Shown: positions 62,866 through 64,000 of the stretch, piece after piece
Numbering within the stretch: the first letter of the stretch is position 1
Layout of the letters: each line of letters opens with the position of its first letter
DNA from: Lama guanicoe
Lineage: Eukaryota
Assembly (NCBI GenBank): GCA_013239625.1
Contig: MU053645.1
Location: 372,001 to 436,000 of the forward strand
Length of the DNA stretch: 64,000 bases
Reading direction: 5' to 3'
Notes under the pieces: model-generated
Databases searched by the model: none
Told to the model about the DNA's origin: nothing
What the model saw: only the letters and a program-made list of their open reading frames with translations
Program-made: the position numbers and the translations under genes

Positions 62866-64000
62866 AAAACCCGACCTCTGTGGATCTAAGTATACTTTGT
62901 AAAGTGCAGAGCGTAATAAAAATATTGGTAATGATGATGATGATTCTGTTACAAAAAAATGTAGCCTTGTGACATCTGTTGAAAGTAACAAGTTACGGGA
63001 GAAGTCACTCCTTTCTTTAGGAATTAGTTCATGCTGTGTGTACTCTACTCTCTGAACGTCCCTGATAGGAACCATATCCTGAGCAGACTCAAATCTCAGG
63101 AAACAGGAAGGGAAAATGTTGGCTTCTATACCTATCTCATTCATGCAGTGATATTGTAAAAAAGGGACTCCAGAACCTAGCCTCAACAATGTCAAAAATT
63201 CACTGTATCATCCCTTTTATTTTTGGTGTGCACTTCCTAAGAATAATATATAATGACAGAAAATGGTTACTAATTCACTAATGCTTTCAAATCAACTGGC
63301 ATTTTATTCATTACAACAGCATTTGCACGCAACTCAAAAATGTCAGGGCTATAAATATATGAAGACATAATATTGATTCAGTCTTCAGGTGTCCTGTGTG
63401 TATATGGCTTCTTCATAAGCCCTTGCAGTTTCTAAGCCAGTTCTGACCTGGGAGGAGACTACATTAGGACTGTCAATCCATCCCATGCATGGGTGGAGTC
63501 TGAAATTCATCTTTCTGTCTTGATATTCTTTAACCACCATGTCCACTGTAACTCCCAGCCATTCAGCTGGCATCGTATAAACACGAGACTGAGTTAATCT
63601 CTCACCTACACAACTGCAGCCCTAAACAGCTTGCCACTACCTATTCGGAGCACTGTCTTCTAATTGACTACTGATTCCTTTGCCCCCCAGTTAATACTCT
63701 CCCATTGACAGTCCTGCTTCAGCCTTCAGTTTGGCCTTTGGCACTGCACTGTTACTTAGGTTCCTGCCTTCCCTCCTTGACTGACATTTTGGTTCCCTTT
63801 TTCAGCTATGTTGCCAAAATGAATATCCTGTTTTGACTATGACCGACTCCCAGGAACTCCTATCCTGAGGTCCCTGACTAAGTCTTCTCTGGCCCTATGA
63901 GTGGAAACTGGATAATAGGACTAGTATATGCTATCTTTAAGGTTGGCCCTAGGTATTCACCTGTGCCCAAGGTCAAGGTCTTCTCCTATCCTTGTCATGT

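Noticed and set aside
47200..64000. Upstream IL1RAPL2 exon or a nested gene such as TEX13A
   Set aside because: No Ig-domain or other recognisable coding sequence was found; the region reads as intron with old repeats.
1..64000. Prokaryote-type systems (CRISPR arrays, operons, rRNA)
   Set aside because: The sequence is clearly mammalian intron and exon DNA; no repeat-spacer arrays or rRNA-like sequence were seen.

Overview
This is mammalian genomic DNA, most likely camelid (two vic-1-like tRNA-derived SINEs), from the 3' half of IL1RAPL2, which is X-linked in eutherians and lies on the minus strand here. Four coding exons with canonical GT-AG ends and matching phases are present: 36748-36877 and 22199-22344 (third Ig domain), 13587-13730 (transmembrane) and 7626-7796 (start of TIR). 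By analogy to the human gene these are exons 7-10; the upstream exon and the last exon lie outside the window. The rest is intron, rich in L1, L2, MIR, MaLR LTR and DNA transposon remnants, including a 6.65 kb L1 with both target-site duplications (TSDs). The most interesting signals are unvalidated cryptic exon candidates that join IL1RAPL2 in frame. One is a terminal exon after exon 8 (would give an ectodomain-only form). One is a 30-nt stop-containing microexon after exon 9. One is a 136-codon alternative terminal exon after exon 10. Exon 7 also starts with a recursive-splicing-type AG|GTAAG motif. All isoform claims are sequence inference. Repeat families were assigned by eye and their boundaries are approximate unless TSDs are given.
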